Shown piece after piece: positions 11,230-25,303 of a DNA stretch of 64,000 nt. Each line of letters opens with the position of its first letter. The first letter of the stretch is position 1. The stretch comes from Laetmonice hystrix (Eukaryota), in assembly GCA_965235115.1 (NCBI GenBank), contig OZ249436.1, positions 20,028,001 to 20,092,000 on the forward strand. Direction: 5' to 3'. The position numbers and the translations under genes were made by a program. A model generated the notes under the pieces. That model did no database searches and was not told the origin of the DNA. It saw nothing but the letters and a program-made list of their open reading frames with translations.

Positions 11230-13743
11230 CCGCTCTGATCTATAATCGTGCTAAATTCTAATCGTTAACCGTATACCGTATCTGTCTAGGCAGTATAGGT
11301 CTACTGGTATTCTACACCGCTACTTCGCCATCCTCCTAGAGTGTCCATATATCTATCCTATGCCTATCAACATTATAATTCGCCATTGGTATTTCCATGG
11401 TGATGTTTTCTCCGAGTTAAAATCAACTGCGGTCTTAGCCATCGCCAAGATCCGAGTTTAACTCGATCAATTACCATCGACATAAATACGTCTATGATCT
11501 TACTACAGAGTGATTGCACTGTTACTCCGCTAAGTACATACTCGTATATTCCCTCACACGTAGGCCTATAGGGATAAGGATCAGAAGATATATGGCTCAC
11601 GGCATCCCTTTAGACTAGAAATGCTTTCATTGGTGTACAGCCATTCTTAAACCAACTCTTTTTACCAGTCGGAGACTGATATCTTTATATACGGGTCATG
11701 CCTCCTCTTACAGGTAGAATATCAATACCAGTGACGTTCATACATTCTGTGAAGGACAGACCAGCTGCTGCAGATAAGTGATCTTGAAGCGGTACACGCC
11801 GTTTTCACCTTTCTGCTATGCGGCGCGTACGTAGTTGATGAGCAGGCTGCCCGTAGTAGGGCAGTCGACCAGGCGGAGATGCCCGTTCACTCCTCCCTGA
11901 TACACCGCCTGGCACGGTCCGAATTCCCTCTGGTTAGCTAAGGTATTTAGGTCAGGGTGGCTAGGCTCGTGTAGTTTGACTGACTTGCGTCTATATGGCA
12001 GTGTGAGCCCCGGAAACTGACCATAAACTGTTCAACTTAAACCATAGCAAGATAAGCATGAGATAAAAAGAGATCTTCCTCAATCACTGCTAAAGGGGTG
12101 ATGACAACATTATGACCAACCAGTATCTGGGAATGCCAAACTCGATCACTCACTGTCTGCTACCTACGTACGGCCCTCTTCTACCTTTTACGTATTTCAC
12201 AGGATACTGCATACAAGTCTAAATTGCAACACACTATGTACTGTATTCGGTAGATAAACCTGGCAAGTTCTTCATTTTTGGGGAATTTAGGCACTGGTTC
12301 ACACTCAGAGTGGCAGGCATAATTTGACACCTGGCAAGTACTTTGGCCTCACATATGTCTGTGTCCATGCGTTCCATGGGCCTTGATAGGATGTGCCCAT
12401 CCGTTCCATGGGCCTTGATTTCACCGGTCCACGATTCTCACCTCAAGCCACAGAAATGTCCATATTGATGATTGCCTATTTTGTTTCAATAATTGGATGT
12501 AAACTGTCGTCAAATTGTTGTATTCAGAGAGGACAGATGAATGTCGCATGGTAACTTTAAAAGACAAATGTGGTTTGGTATAAAATTATGTTTAAGAATC
12601 TTGGTCCCTGCCTGTTGGATCTGTAACGACTAACGACTCCTGCGATCGGGCAGACCTTGAAGAGATTTCCTTACAATCGAAGCAATCAGATCCACTTAGA
12701 ATCAGTGGGATTTTCTTCGATGTTGCACAAGGGATCAGACACTTCCCTTTAGTCGTACTAATCCCGTCCTGAAGATCAATACAGACGTAGGATCTTGCAT
12801 GATTTATGACACATTCAAATAGAAAGGCTTTAATTGAACGTGATACCATTATATGGTCCTGCTGAGGTGCCACAGCACACACGATATAAAAAAGGGTTGG
12901 CCCAGCACCACGCCACCGGGCAGCACCATTACGTCGGCCTCAGAGCTCGACAAGGAGAGAGGTGGAATGGTCGCAGACATGAAAACCCGCTTTCACGGCC
13001 AATCCAATTCCACAATTTCAGTAATATGGTAGTGATTTCAAAATCAGGAGAGAGCGCTTAGTCCGTGGGCTTTCCACTGAATTGGATCATAGATCATCAT
13101 AAATTGTAAATCTGGTTTCTCTGACAATCTCTTCCCTTCAAACTTCTATTCAACATGCCATTCGAACATTGGAAAAAGTTCACACAGTTTAAATGCAGGG
13201 CTAAGTTCAGCGTTCTACGGGGTAAATTGTAAGTATTGTGTGAATACAATTTCTTAGTCACTAGTTCACTCAAAAAAAAAAAAACAGAACAATTTAAACA
13301 AAAACAAACCAAACAAAAAACACACAAAGTAATCTAACCCTCTCTGACATACCTCGAGAATTTGTATGTACAGTGACTTGCAGACGCCAATACAAATTAT
13401 ACAAGGCATCAAAAGAGTACTCCTAGTTATCCATGCGGATCGCCATAAGCTTTCTAAGTCCCACAACCTAGCGATTTAATTTACAACAATCGCTCAGCGG
13501 AATCTACCGACACAACTGTAGAAACTGGCTGGTGTGTAGAACAGTCATCTGCCTTACTAAGTTACCTAACTACCTACATATTTTAGTTATCAAAAGACAG
13601 TTGCTAAAATTGTTTGACTACTTCTATATGATTACGGTTTCACAATGTGAGAATCGGCACTTGGAAAAACGCATTTCACATTCTTCTGACACACTTTTGC
13701 TTGCTGAAAGTGAAAGAAGTATGCCTTGCCAATTTTAAACTAA

Positions 13744-14093
13744 TACTGTAAATCAGGTATTTTTCGCATGTGTTTTAATTTCGCGATTTTCGCGTTTTCA
13801 AAAAAAACCCGCGAAATTAAGAAACGCGAAATAAACACTTGGAACAGCGCATTTTCAGTAATATCCACTTACAAAATAAAAAAAACACTTCATTACCTTC
13901 TTTAACTTGGCAGTTGCTTACTAGCTCTTGCTGTATTTGCATGGTGGGGAATTAAAACTGTTGATTTTAATACATGTCTTTACTTTTAGATGGGGATGCC
14001 ATTGCCTAAACGCGAATTTAAGAAACGCAAAACCAGCCCAAAATGAAAAAAACGCGAAATTTTAATCACGCCAAATTAAAGTGATTTACAGTA
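13744..14093. mobile_element. TA-flanked MITE (tactgtaaatca...tgatttacagta) with internal cgcgaaa motifs
   Basis: Perfect 12-bp inverted ends including the TA. Repeated ttcgcg/cgcgaa subterminal motifs. Confidence 0.8.
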
Positions 14094-14413
14094 GTAATAA
14101 TAGCACCTCCAGCCGTGTCGTAGGCTAGCAAATACCCGGTACACGTATATTTTGTGTTAGTGAACCTTAAAATGAACTGAAACAACTCAGCATCGTCATG
14201 GCAAGACACAGTGTCAGGTTTAGCACAAACCACCTCCTATCATATTGCTGTACATTTGATTACGACCCGTTACCGACACTAACTCATCTAGTAGCTCGTG
14301 ACCTGGCACATATCACAATGATAGAACTAATCAATATCTCTGGATCCAATCTGACACAGGGTCCTCTGGTTTAAAACAAGAACCAAACGGTGTAAAATAA
14401 GAAATATACTCAC

Positions 14414-14502
14414 CTATGGGTAGACAGTTGAAGCAGTCTGTAAAAGTCTTCCACAATTTTATGTTATATCGTCGCTTGCATTCATCGTAAAAACCATAAA
14501 TT
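14414..14502 (-). CDS. PP1-like phosphatase, coding exon 4 ([29 protein letters not shown])
   Basis: Matches the canonical PP1 segment. Bounded by a ttttctttgtag acceptor and a G|GTGAG donor. 89 nt, phase 2 to 1. Confidence 0.97.
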
Positions 14503-15832
14503 CTACAAAGAAAATAGAAACGCTTTGATTAATCGTCCAGTTTCCGCTCATCGTCAGGAACACAAGTACAAAATTTACGGCGATATCCAAGGACATATTG
14601 TTTAAACATCGATTGGATATACGTAGATAACAATAACATAAATATGGACACATATATATTTTGTTTTGTATTGGGAACAAACCTACGCCTGAAATATACC
14701 ACTGAATGAGAACGCCTACTAAACCAGATTGAGAACTTGTGCCGTGTGGCTTTGATAAGATCTATTTCAATATGACGGTGGCCGTAAGCTGATTTCAACC
14801 ATCAGCCTCTCTTCCAGCTGTTGAGCAGGCTGAACGAGAGGCTTCAGAGTTGGCACGGCAACAACCTTGACAAGCCGTGGCTCTCTCGGCAGCGCGAGCG
14901 ACCACACTGTCAGAGGCGTGAGATTACTACAACACACGTCAAACCCCAGGAAGCTTCGCGTCTCTGGATGCCGGCATCTCACTAATTAAACCACGCTGGT
15001 GGTTCTGAAATTATAGTTTAACAACAGGAGCCCAAACGAGAACGTATTTTCTTTTTTCCCTTTATCGATCTCTGCACTGATGTTTAAAAATGAAAGCAAA
15101 TGTACTTTATGCTTATAAAAATAAGACAGAGGTTGATGATCCAATAGCTCCAAATAACAGGTAATCAACGGTGCAACTATGCGGCATGAGATGAAGAACA
15201 CCCGTACGTGACATATTCTGTGTATTGTACATGGCGGTATTGGCCTCCATAATCTGTGTCTATAGAATTAGAAACAAGCAACCCATGCAGTTGTCTCGCC
15301 ATTCTAGATTCCCGAAATCATCTGAATACAAGAATGTTAATTATGCCTTTTCCAAGGTTCCTTCCGTATATAAAGTAACAATTTCTTCCATCTGGCATGA
15401 TATGAAGATTCCGTCAAAGCAACTTTAGCAAGATTTATGGAAATGATTTGTGAATGTGCTGGACAAGACCTTTCAGAAATAGAAAATAAAATTCCATTGA
15501 TTCAAAAAGGGTTTCAATACCAACTATGATGCACTGTGTGCTATCATGGGACTGATTACACTGCATCAGGCCGAAGACATGGCACATAAAGAAAAGTTTC
15601 GATACCCCAGACCGAGCCTCTGACATGGTCCGCTGAATAAAGGTCATTTGGCCTTCCATAAAATAATGAACCTGCTGAAACAGCAGCATTTTGACAAATC
15701 TTTACTGCAAACGTTACTCCATAAAATCTGAAGGCATAAAACCTGAAGGCATATCAACTACGAGGTTATAAAAATGCATTTAAGTTAAAAGTAAGAAAAA
15801 GAGAGAAAGAATGTAAAAACAAAAAGCCTTTA

Positions 15833-15955
<123 letters not shown>

Positions 15956-16116
15956 CTACATACCAGATTGCCATCTTCATGTTTTGCAATACTTTCACAG
16001 ACAAGATAACGTCCGGCAATTTCTGAATATGTCCCTTTAACATACCCATGTAGGGTATATGTGTCCTTAACACAGCAATACCGGTGTTAAGGCCATACCG
16101 ATCAGGCTAGTTAACA

Positions 16117-16479
16117 CAGGGTTCACACAGTTGTTTCTCGTCAATTTTCAAGCACTTTTCAAGGACTTCTCAAGGACCTGAGAGAATTTTCCAGGACTCA
16201 TAAAATCAAGTTGACCTGCTGCAACTGACCCCAATTATCATACTACATGTCCTGAATCTGTATAAATCTTCAACTTGTGTTATCAATCTTTAACTTGTGG
16301 AGAGGTATAATTTGATTTTAATCTGTGGGTTTAGCATCAACAACCGCAGATAATATATCAACTGACAACAATCTCTTTTTCAGCTTGCCTTTATTCCATT
16401 TTCAAGCACTTTTCCAAACCAACTACTCTGATTTTCATTTTTCAAGCCCTAGAAAATGAAAATGAGCGTACGAACCCTG
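16117..16479. mobile_element. MITE cagggttc...gaaccctg with 5-bp TSD TAACA
   Basis: Inverted termini with TAACA on both flanks. Internal ttttcaagcactt repeats. Confidence 0.8.
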
Positions 16480-19400
16480 TAACACCAACAACCAACAGCC
16501 GACTGAAAGGTTATGTCTTGATGTACGACTTGACGGTCCAACATAAATGTCAGGGAGATTGCGAGGCTAGTAGAGCACCTATTTTTATATTTTTAAGACT
16601 GAGTGAACAATTGCTTTTATCCGGATAATAAATCTCATTTCCTGTCATCTAATATCAAATCTGGACAATTACCCTGGAATCTACTACCTGTACCTCCATT
16701 GAGGATAGAAAACCCCACCGTATAATCAGAAGGGCACAACTCGGGTCCTCCTATAGCAGTCATAAATCACCTCGGGTCCTCGCATACCAGTCATAAATAA
16801 ACGTTATTTAATGCTGCGATCTCTACCCCTTGTAGACAGTTGTGCTTTATGTTTTCCCCTGTGGGATCATGTGAGAAGGATACTTTGGCAAACCTTTATC
16901 TTCTCCTGATCGTCCAGATTTTTGCAGACAAATTCACGAGCAGTGTACTATATCTGATACAATTCGACGGTCGATGCAAACTAGACTCGACCACCAGTCC
17001 TCCTATCCGATGCAAACAGGAAGTCAGCCTCGAGTTTCCTCATGATATACTACAGAAATATTATGCCATGGGCATCACAGCACAATGAATGAACCATCGT
17101 GTGGGTATCGCGTCAAACAATTACAATAACCTGAACACTAAGCCTCAACATGGAGCAGCCATTCTGGGTTAATACCTGCATATTGGGACATGAGAGTACC
17201 ACATCATTAAAACGGAGTATGAAAGCTTATGACCACTTAAAACGTTTCATACTTCACAAGGTTCAAAACTAATATGTACAGCTGTGTAATTATTTAGTAG
17301 TGTAATATATTCTTTGGAGTTAAGGGTAAACATTTGTAAGGCGTTACCTTTTATGATTTGTACACATGTTTTGTGGGTACATTCATTAAATAAGTGATAA
17401 ATAATCTATTCCTTCCTCTGCAGAAAAGGGGATGGGACTAACGCTGAATCCTCATGCAGTGTGCACGTGAATCTACCATTGACCTTTCCAGGATTCCCAC
17501 TGTACCTTTTCTATAAAACAACGCCATGATAATGACATCTCACAGGTCTACTGAAAATGGCCACACGGGATGTACAACTGGCTGCGTTGGATGTCAAATA
17601 TATTTGGATCTCTGGTGACTATATTCCTGATGTGACTACGAAACTAAGAGGCTGCCTGAAAGAAGAGGTGACTGTCAATAACAGGAGCACCACTGCGGGA
17701 GAGAAAAATATGATGGGTAGTCAGGAGAAAAGGCTATTATATGTACATGCAACAAAACGAGTCGTTCATTATGGACTCATTGCAGGAACAGCTCAACCAA
17801 TCAGGAGGCGGCACGGCGCATGGAACGCTGATCAATATAGATCTATGTTTCTAGGAGATGTAATGATTGTGAATCTATTAAAAAGACTGCCTTATTTGCT
17901 CTACACAATAATATACAACTATGGGGAAAATATTATAGATACCCACTCCACGATTTGACATTGTGATCTGCATACAGATATTCTGTTTCAGATATAGATC
18001 TCTCATCCTGCTTACAAAACAAGGCCATCCATTGACTCCCTGGCTAGGTTCTATATTAGATGAATAGCTGGAACACCCACATTCACAGTTCTAAAGAAAT
18101 CACTTGTCTGTCTCAATGTGCGACCTTTCTAAAGATACAAATTGTGACAATAGTAGACATTTTCCTGGCCACTAGATACACAACCTCTCTCGAGAATATA
18201 ACAAGTGCAGTGGTGCGAATTATATTTTTCCATACATGAGACCCATTCAGCTTGATCAAACACGGCCTGCTCTCCTATTAGACAGCCTTGGCCGCTTCGC
18301 AAATAGCAACACTGTGGAAAGTAACTTTAGAAACACTTAGGGCCAAGATGATCTACTTTATTGTCGGGAGTTAATGCAAGCAGCCGTTTTTAACACAGAT
18401 AAATGAAACAACGAGAAACTCTCTCTTAATCAGCTTAAGAGATATTTAGGATCCAATTGCTTCCTAGATTTGGTTTAAACAATTGTTCTCTAAGCCAACT
18501 TTAAAGGATGCTCAGTCTCTAGATGTGGGACACGAGATGAACGAGAGATTTTTTTATCAAAGACAGAATTAAAATTATAAAATTCAGTCAAACCAAAAAC
18601 AGCTAAATTCACCAGCCAATTTGCGTTATACGACGACCTTAAGACTTAAAGTTAATTATCAACTTTCAACCTTTCATTATGTATAGCTGACACAGTCTGC
18701 TACGTGGTAACGCATGCTGTAATTTCTAAAACGGCAATCTCTATCTATTCTTAAGACAGTTCCTGACATTTGCACTATTCAGGTCAGCAGCAGCCTATCA
18801 ATTATTTCAGAGTATTCCTTTTTTAAACTTTAGCTGACAACAAGAAAGCAGGCAGAAATATTACCAATCGTTGATCTGTTGTTCTTCCTTGACAAAAGGC
18901 AATCTGGGGTGGTTTACACAGCGGACAACTTGCCTTTCACTAGTTTCAGAAGAAAGGGAAGCTATACCGGTACACGAATACAACCGTGAAATTACGATGA
19001 CCACCGTGAAAATAATTTAACCCAAATAATTTTACACATAAATGAGCATAATGATGAAAGGTATGGTATAACACAGGCACAGGTTGTTTAGCCTGAAACC
19101 GCTCAATTCCTCTGTACTACTAGCAGGGGCGGATCCAGGATTTTGGTAAGCTGAGGGGAGAATTTGCTTCTCTATGGAGAAAAAAAATAGTGATACAACA
19201 GCCGGTCAGCTAGCTTTACATCATCTAGTCTTGCCAGCTTAATCCATAGCTTGGGGGAATGGCCTTTCACGGTACGATACAAAGTTGAATGTGGCCAAGA
19301 ACCATGTCGTAATCAATAGAGTGCATTCACCAAGCCTAGTGCATGCACTGGCTTATTACTGATATCCTCCTGAACATTATCATCATAACAGATGGAACGA

Positions 19401-20208
19401 TGTATACCGATAATACGAAATACAAATGTTCTCGAGATCGTCCTGATGATGGCCAACAGTTTTAAAAATATATAAGAACAGATATTTTTATCAAAACCAA
19501 ATGTCCTTCTGCATTCATCCAACTGAACAAGTCTTCCTAAAAGTGTCCGTCTTTCATATGGTACATAGAAAAGAATACATGTGTAATAGACTTCCATACT
19601 TTGATAAAGAGTGCCGTTTCAGAAGAATTGCAGGGGCTTTTATTTTAAAAAGTGAAATGAATTGATAGAAGGAAGGAAGCAAGTCTGTTTTCGTGAACTG
19701 GAAAACAATTAAAAAATTTATCAACCTTTATTGTAATGTTACCAAAGATGATTTACATGAGACACATCAAATTTTACTTCCAAAAATAATGACACGTTCC
19801 AGAGAAGCAGAAGAGATTTTTCTCATTTATCCTTAAAAGGATTTTGACATCTGATAACAAGTACCTTTTAAAAATGCAATCACTATATGCACCTGGAGCT
19901 ATGCGATACGACCACGGGCATGGCTTTAGGTTTAACCACATTCAAGTAAAGTAAAAAATCAATTAATTACTCACTCCTTTTAAGGGAATACATCTCAAGG
20001 ATGGAAGGTTCATTTTGCTAATAGGCAGTTGGACTATGGACTAGGGGACCTCTATATTTAATCAAGAGAAAACGTCTGACCAAACACGTACTTACAAGTC
20101 ATAATTAAAAGCTAAAAAGGAAACACGGGTAGGTCTATAAAATCTCAAATTTTTTAAATACAAAAAATGTCAATATAAAATTCTACCTGATGACTAATTC
20201 AAACTTAC

Positions 20209-20414
20209 CTGTCTACATAATCTCCTAAAAACAGATAATTTGTGTATGGAGGGTAGCCGCACTTGTCAAAGTGCCGGAGTAAGTCTTCATACTGGCCGTG
20301 GATATCACCACAGATGTTGACGGGAGCCTCGAGCTCAAGAAGCATGGGCTGCTCCAAAAAAATATCCCGAGACTTCTGGCATAACTGACGAATCTGGGTC
20401 TCCGGAAGCTGGAC
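20209..20414 (-). CDS. PP1-like phosphatase, coding exon 2 ([12 protein letters not shown]...[11 protein letters not shown]...[10 protein letters not shown])
   Basis: Contains the PPP signature motifs GDIHG and GDYVDR. Bounded by a ttaccag acceptor and an AG|GTAAG donor. 206 nt, phase 0 to 2. Confidence 0.97.
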
Positions 20415-20999
20415 CTGGTAACCAAAGGCAAGGCAGTGAGCAAGGTATGTAAATTTAAATTAATACAATGTACATTGTATTAATTTAAATTTATATGTAC
20501 AGTCAATGAGTCATAATATTTGTTTGAAGGAACAACCAAATTATTTGTTCATTTTTTTCTCATGAGTGGGGGAGAGGGCCTAATGTGGCATTTTAGTTTG
20601 ATGTTTTAATGCGACTTTGACGTTTTAATACAGGTCAGCACATATAAATTACAAATTCAAAGATGATGAGGACGTGGCTAGAGTGTTCTCTTGATGCTAG
20701 GTACCATGGGAACGAGCCGTTTGAACGGCTATCGTGAGGTGTCAACGGACTCCATGGTTACATTCGTTCTGGGAATGTGTGACGTTGTAAGCAAAAGGTT
20801 GCTCGGTAATATAAGGCATCCTTGACCTTGAACTTCATTATCTCCAATAATAACCTAGTACTGTAGGCCTACTGCATAATACACGTAGAATCTAGTGCAC
20901 ATTTCAAAATGTTACCCTTTTATTTAGGCGGGATTGACAAAACGGGTTGCGGTGCGGGGCGCAGTGATTGTGAAGCGAAATTCTCACCAGTTTTGCCTT

Positions 21000-21358
21000 T
21001 AAGTTTAAGTCATATCTTACTGACCGTTCACAGATGGTAGCGGGACGAAGCAGTGCAAAGCGAAGCCGCGCGAACCTGGCGCAGCGAAAATTTGGTTTGG
21101 CTGACCAAGCCAAGAAATGAAAGCGCGCTCTCTTCGCCGTCGGCGTCAGCCAATCAGATCAGGGCCAGCAGTGTGACTCGACCTACATTTGCATACACAG
21201 TGCAGGTATTATTGGAACTAATTAGCATTTTTTCGCGTGCGACGCATTGGCTGAACAGAATAAGCTCACGAAGCAAAGCGTTGTTGTGCGCGGACCGTCG
21301 CTTCGCTGCGCCCCGCTCTGCCAGGTTTTGTGAATCCTGCCTTACTCTCTAAGTTAAA
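21000..21358. mobile_element. Degenerate palindromic MITE-like element
   Basis: ttcaca..gcggg..gcag..gcgaag at the left is mirrored by cttcgctgcgccccgc..tgtgaa at the right. Internal agccaatc/cattggctg symmetry. Confidence 0.5.
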
Positions 21359-22605
21359 GTACTAAAAGGTTCATGGGAGGAGTCAGCATCTATGTCATTT
21401 GATTACAAAGGCTAAAACGGAAAATGTTATGAATGAAGTCTGGAGTTTGGCTAAAAAATATAATATTAAAGTGGCATCATTAGTATCTTCGAGAATAAAA
21501 CACTTACCGGTCCCCTATAGTCACCTATCGAATTGACATATGAAGACACACTGTTGTTACTGCAATACTGCAGTATGATGATTTTTGTTCTAACTGAAAC
21601 TCGGACCGAAGCTAAAACATGATAATTAGCAGGAGTTTGAATTTGCCTCCGCTGTCCAGAAGGGGCGCTGACTGTGAGAGGCACGCAGCACTGAAACTCA
21701 GCGTGGGAATTCCCCTGTTAGTATACGGTTATCGAAAATGGCCAAGCAGTTCGAAGGCAGAGCGTTAGATTGCAACGGAGCCAGCTGAGCATTCTCACAT
21801 TACATTTGGTTGGTCTCATTTCAATTTATTTGAGTTTTACGTGTGACATATAAGGTTTTAAAAACAGTGGACCTTAAAATTCCCTGACCCTAGATACAAA
21901 TGGCATGCATTTCATACCTGCCTACATTGGAAAAACAGAAATCTGAACACAACCCGTGAGGGGTTCGGGAGCGCAGGACTGGGTTTTGGGCATTTAAAGG
22001 GGCATATTATGAGAAAACGTGAAAAATTGGCATTTCAAAGAACTTTTGCTGTTTTCATAAAGAGATCCTTCATTAAAATTGCTTGGTAAACAAAGACAGA
22101 CAAGTTTATCAGTTTCATTTTGCGTGAGAAATCGAAGTTTATGAAACTCCCAAGGTTGCCTGCTTCTCTGCCGATTTCGTAAAATATTTTTTGGTTGGCA
22201 TTCTGATGCCGGACGATTGAGTGCAACTGCTAAATTGTTTACATCTAAGTGAAGCACGTGACTAAGCACATGCAGAGAGTTTGACGGACCAGTGCGATCG
22301 CGCCTGCGCCCCTAAGTGCCCGCAAAATCTGTTTCAGAAGCACTGTTTATCGCGCCCCTCAACTGACTGATGTGAACCCTCAGCCATGTCTGAGGCAACC
22401 TCAAAAACGCTCTCTGTCTCCTCCTTGTCCCCCAGTCATAAATGAGTCAATCATTTCCTAGACGGCTCCCAGGACCTCTTTAGCCTAAATGCCAAACCTT
22501 ATAAACTATCCTGCGTTTACCTGGAAATACCCAAACGACGTGGGACAGGAACGATTTCTAGGGGAGTGATTTAGCTCTCCTCGACCTCGGATAACCAAGG
22601 AGAGT

Positions 22606-22792
22606 CAGGGGTGTAGGCAGAACTGAGATAAGGGGGTGTTTCCGACTGAGATGGCGGGGGGGGGGGGGCCAACCGTAATATTGGTAAGGTAATTCATTTA
22701 GATCTATTTAGTTATTTAATTAGTTATTAATTATCTTTTTTGGGGAGGGGGGGGTTCCAGGCAACCCGGAAACCCCCCTGGCTACACCCTTG
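22606..22792. mobile_element. MITE caggggtgtag...ctacacccttg with 5-bp TSD AGAGT
   Basis: Inverted termini. AGAGT at 22601-22605 and 22793-22797. A related partial copy lies at about 25500-25690. Confidence 0.8.
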
Positions 22793-24369
22793 AGAGTGAT
22801 GGATCGCTCCCGTAAAGATTTCAAACGGCAAGCACTGTTGTCAGGTCATTAATCTCGGAAGTTAAATACTACTAGTGTCTATTAGACATCTAGGTTTATT
22901 TTCTGTAACAGCCGGCTTCTTGAGAGTTGGCTTTTATGACTGACTGCCTCTATGTAATTTGAGATCATTCCTTTTTTCTGGAGTTCTCAAGCATTTGTGA
23001 GAGCTCTGGCTGATTTCAATTGTTAATCCTGCAGTGGGGTGTATAACTACAATGCATGGGGAGAGCTGTGCAGTCCAGTGCCAGAGAATCAAGTTTCTTT
23101 TAAGTTCTCAGGCAATGAATATTTAATTATTGCCATGTCAGACACACTGAAAATTTTGAAGCACGTCTCTCATGTCGGCTAGTTCACCTGGATACTTTTC
23201 TTACGACTAAAAATATCTCCTCCTAGGCCTTAGACGGAGTATCGTCCCAGTAGGGATGGACGGCGCTAACGCGAAAAACCCTACCTCCTATGTCAATCAC
23301 TCACTGTGCAAAATCCATCGTAACTACTGCCAGTTGAGGTGTCAATTCTAACGCAGCCCATCTTCTGTTCCTCTGCTGCACACTTTTCCGAGGATTTTTG
23401 CCCAAAGTTTTAATAAATCAGACTTTCGAAATTCCGAATCGCGCTGGTTCACTGCCGTTAGCCGCCATACTGTTTGTTCTACTGCGCATGTTCACAACAT
23501 GCGCACTGGCGACCGGCAGGGGAGCATTCATCATTCTAGACCAAACAGCAATTCCTCCATTGTGGCGCCAAACTAATACTGTCTACAGTGGCGTATTCTG
23601 GGGGGGGGGGGGGTTCTAAGTATCCTAGAACATCCCCCCCCCGCCCCACTTGGCACTGCCCCTGCCAATAACATAACATAGAAATTTGATCATTTAGAAC
23701 CCCCAGCGCAATTTTTTGCATCTATAGATCTACTATAGGCCTACAAGTACAATGTACCCGTACTATATAAAATTTATTGAATATACAACAGTCAGATAGT
23801 ACCTCTAACTGTGTAAAGTTACTAAACTGTTTGGTCTACCTTTAAAAATCCACGGCTTCAGAGCATAGGCCTAGTCTATTGTGTATTGAGTATGATTATG
23901 AATATGATTTCACCAAAATTTTAGCAAAAAGCACAACTTAGCCTAATAGCTAATTTAGTAATTATCGTCTTAAACCATTTGACGACACTGCCGGGTCTGC
24001 GTATATTATACAGTAGCCAGTGCCTACCCTTTCCCCACAAATCAATTTATAAATGATCTAAACCAGACACTGAAACAGCAATAAAACCTCTCGGCTGTGC
24101 CTGTGACCATTTGCATGGTTGGATCTCGCCTCTCGGAGTCGGAGGCTCTCCCTCCCCAGGCCCAGCCTGGAACAGCATCTACATCATTTTTAGATCATCT
24201 ACCCGCTCTATACTAGCTCAGTAGCTGGCTCTGCACAAATATGCTGCCAGTGAGCGTGCACCAGACTTGTGATGAATGGCACACACTTGGATCAGCAAAT
24301 TTGCCGAGTACATGTACGGAGAGCGAGCGCAGCGCGCTGTCGTCTTTATCGTCCCAACCATCAACTCAC

Positions 24370-24447
24370 CTGTTTCCCAGGTGTGTCCCGCACGGAAAGC
24401 AATTGCTCGATAATTTTGCCGACGTCCAGCTCTCCCTTGTTCGTCAT
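24370..24447 (-). CDS. PP1-like Ser/Thr phosphatase catalytic subunit, coding exon 1 (MTNKGELDVGKIIEQLLSVRDTPGKQ)
   Basis: ATG at 24447 and a CAG|GTGAG donor. The peptide resembles the PP1 N-terminus (LNLDSIIGRLLEV..RPGK). It joins exon 2 in phase 0. Confidence 0.9.
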
Positions 24448-25024
24448 CCTGACGGGCAAGGATTCTGCAGACTGCTGCTGTCCGACAACGCTTGTGTAAA
24501 CCTGTGGATTGTGCCGCAATGCTGGGCGCACTCGTTCAAACCGGCCGCTGCCACTGTCGCCGCCCCCTACGACTGCACACGCGGCAATCCTCGCTGCAGC
24601 CCCGGCGCTGCTGGCTTTATCGTCGGTCGGAACTCTGCAAGCGCCGCTGGCATTTGGACTCGGTTACACCTGTTCCTGGCACAGACTGCCTACTCCTTAA
24701 ACATACGTTAACCATCAGCGCTAATCTGTTATAAAACTCCTGCTACCTCATCCCAGCTTGATACAAAAATTCTTTGCCCGCACAAGGTGATACACGCCGG
24801 TATCGATGGTAACCACAGTCCACAGTGCGGCACGTCAGTCATTCATTGGACAACCTGCGGTGACATTCACGGCATCTTCGACCAGACGACAGTCAGTCAC
24901 GTGACGGTTGCTATGTAAAATTTGGCGCGCCACCTAGGGAGGAGATATTGAGGCACTGCCTCGTCTCGCTTGCTGGAAGGGTGAAAGGCAGAGTCAAAAC
25001 TGGGTGAAAGGGCTAGGTTAGCAG

Positions 25025-25303
25025 CAGTGTTGCCAACTCTCACGGAATCTCCGTAACCCTTACGGATTTTGATGGGCAGAGCAAAAAATGGTAAATTTAT
25101 CCAAATATCTCACGGAATTTGGGGCAAATGGCAAATTTATCCAAATATAACCCTCAAAAATGCACAGAATGCTCCATTTTTAACATAACTGAGATTTCAT
25201 TGTTTTCTGGGGGAGCATGCCCCCAGACCCCCTGCCCTGTATGGCATCGCACCTCCGGTGCTTGCCATGCTCACAGAATTTTTTCTCCAGGTTGGCAACA
25301 CTG
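25025..25303. mobile_element. hAT-like MITE cagtgttgccaac...gttggcaacactg
   Basis: Perfect 13-bp TIR. The TSD is degenerate. Confidence 0.8.

Noticed and set aside
10656..11261. Mucin-like S/T-rich ORFs (MSEVTTELG / TSDMPSSVV)n
   Set aside because: This is a 27-bp tandem repeat with a frameshifting unit near 11011 and no convincing splice context.
17557..17958. 133-aa plus-strand ORF in PP1 intron 2
   Set aside because: No recognisable motif, codon bias or supporting exon chain.
21507..21575. Apparent minus-strand exon with a GTAAGT donor in PP1 intron 1
   Set aside because: It matches, in inverted orientation, a repeat terminus at about 43790-43965 and has no PP1 similarity. Exons 1 and 2 join without it.
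24241..24711. 156-aa plus-strand ORF
   Set aside because: It is the antisense shadow of PP1 exon 1 and its GC-rich leader.
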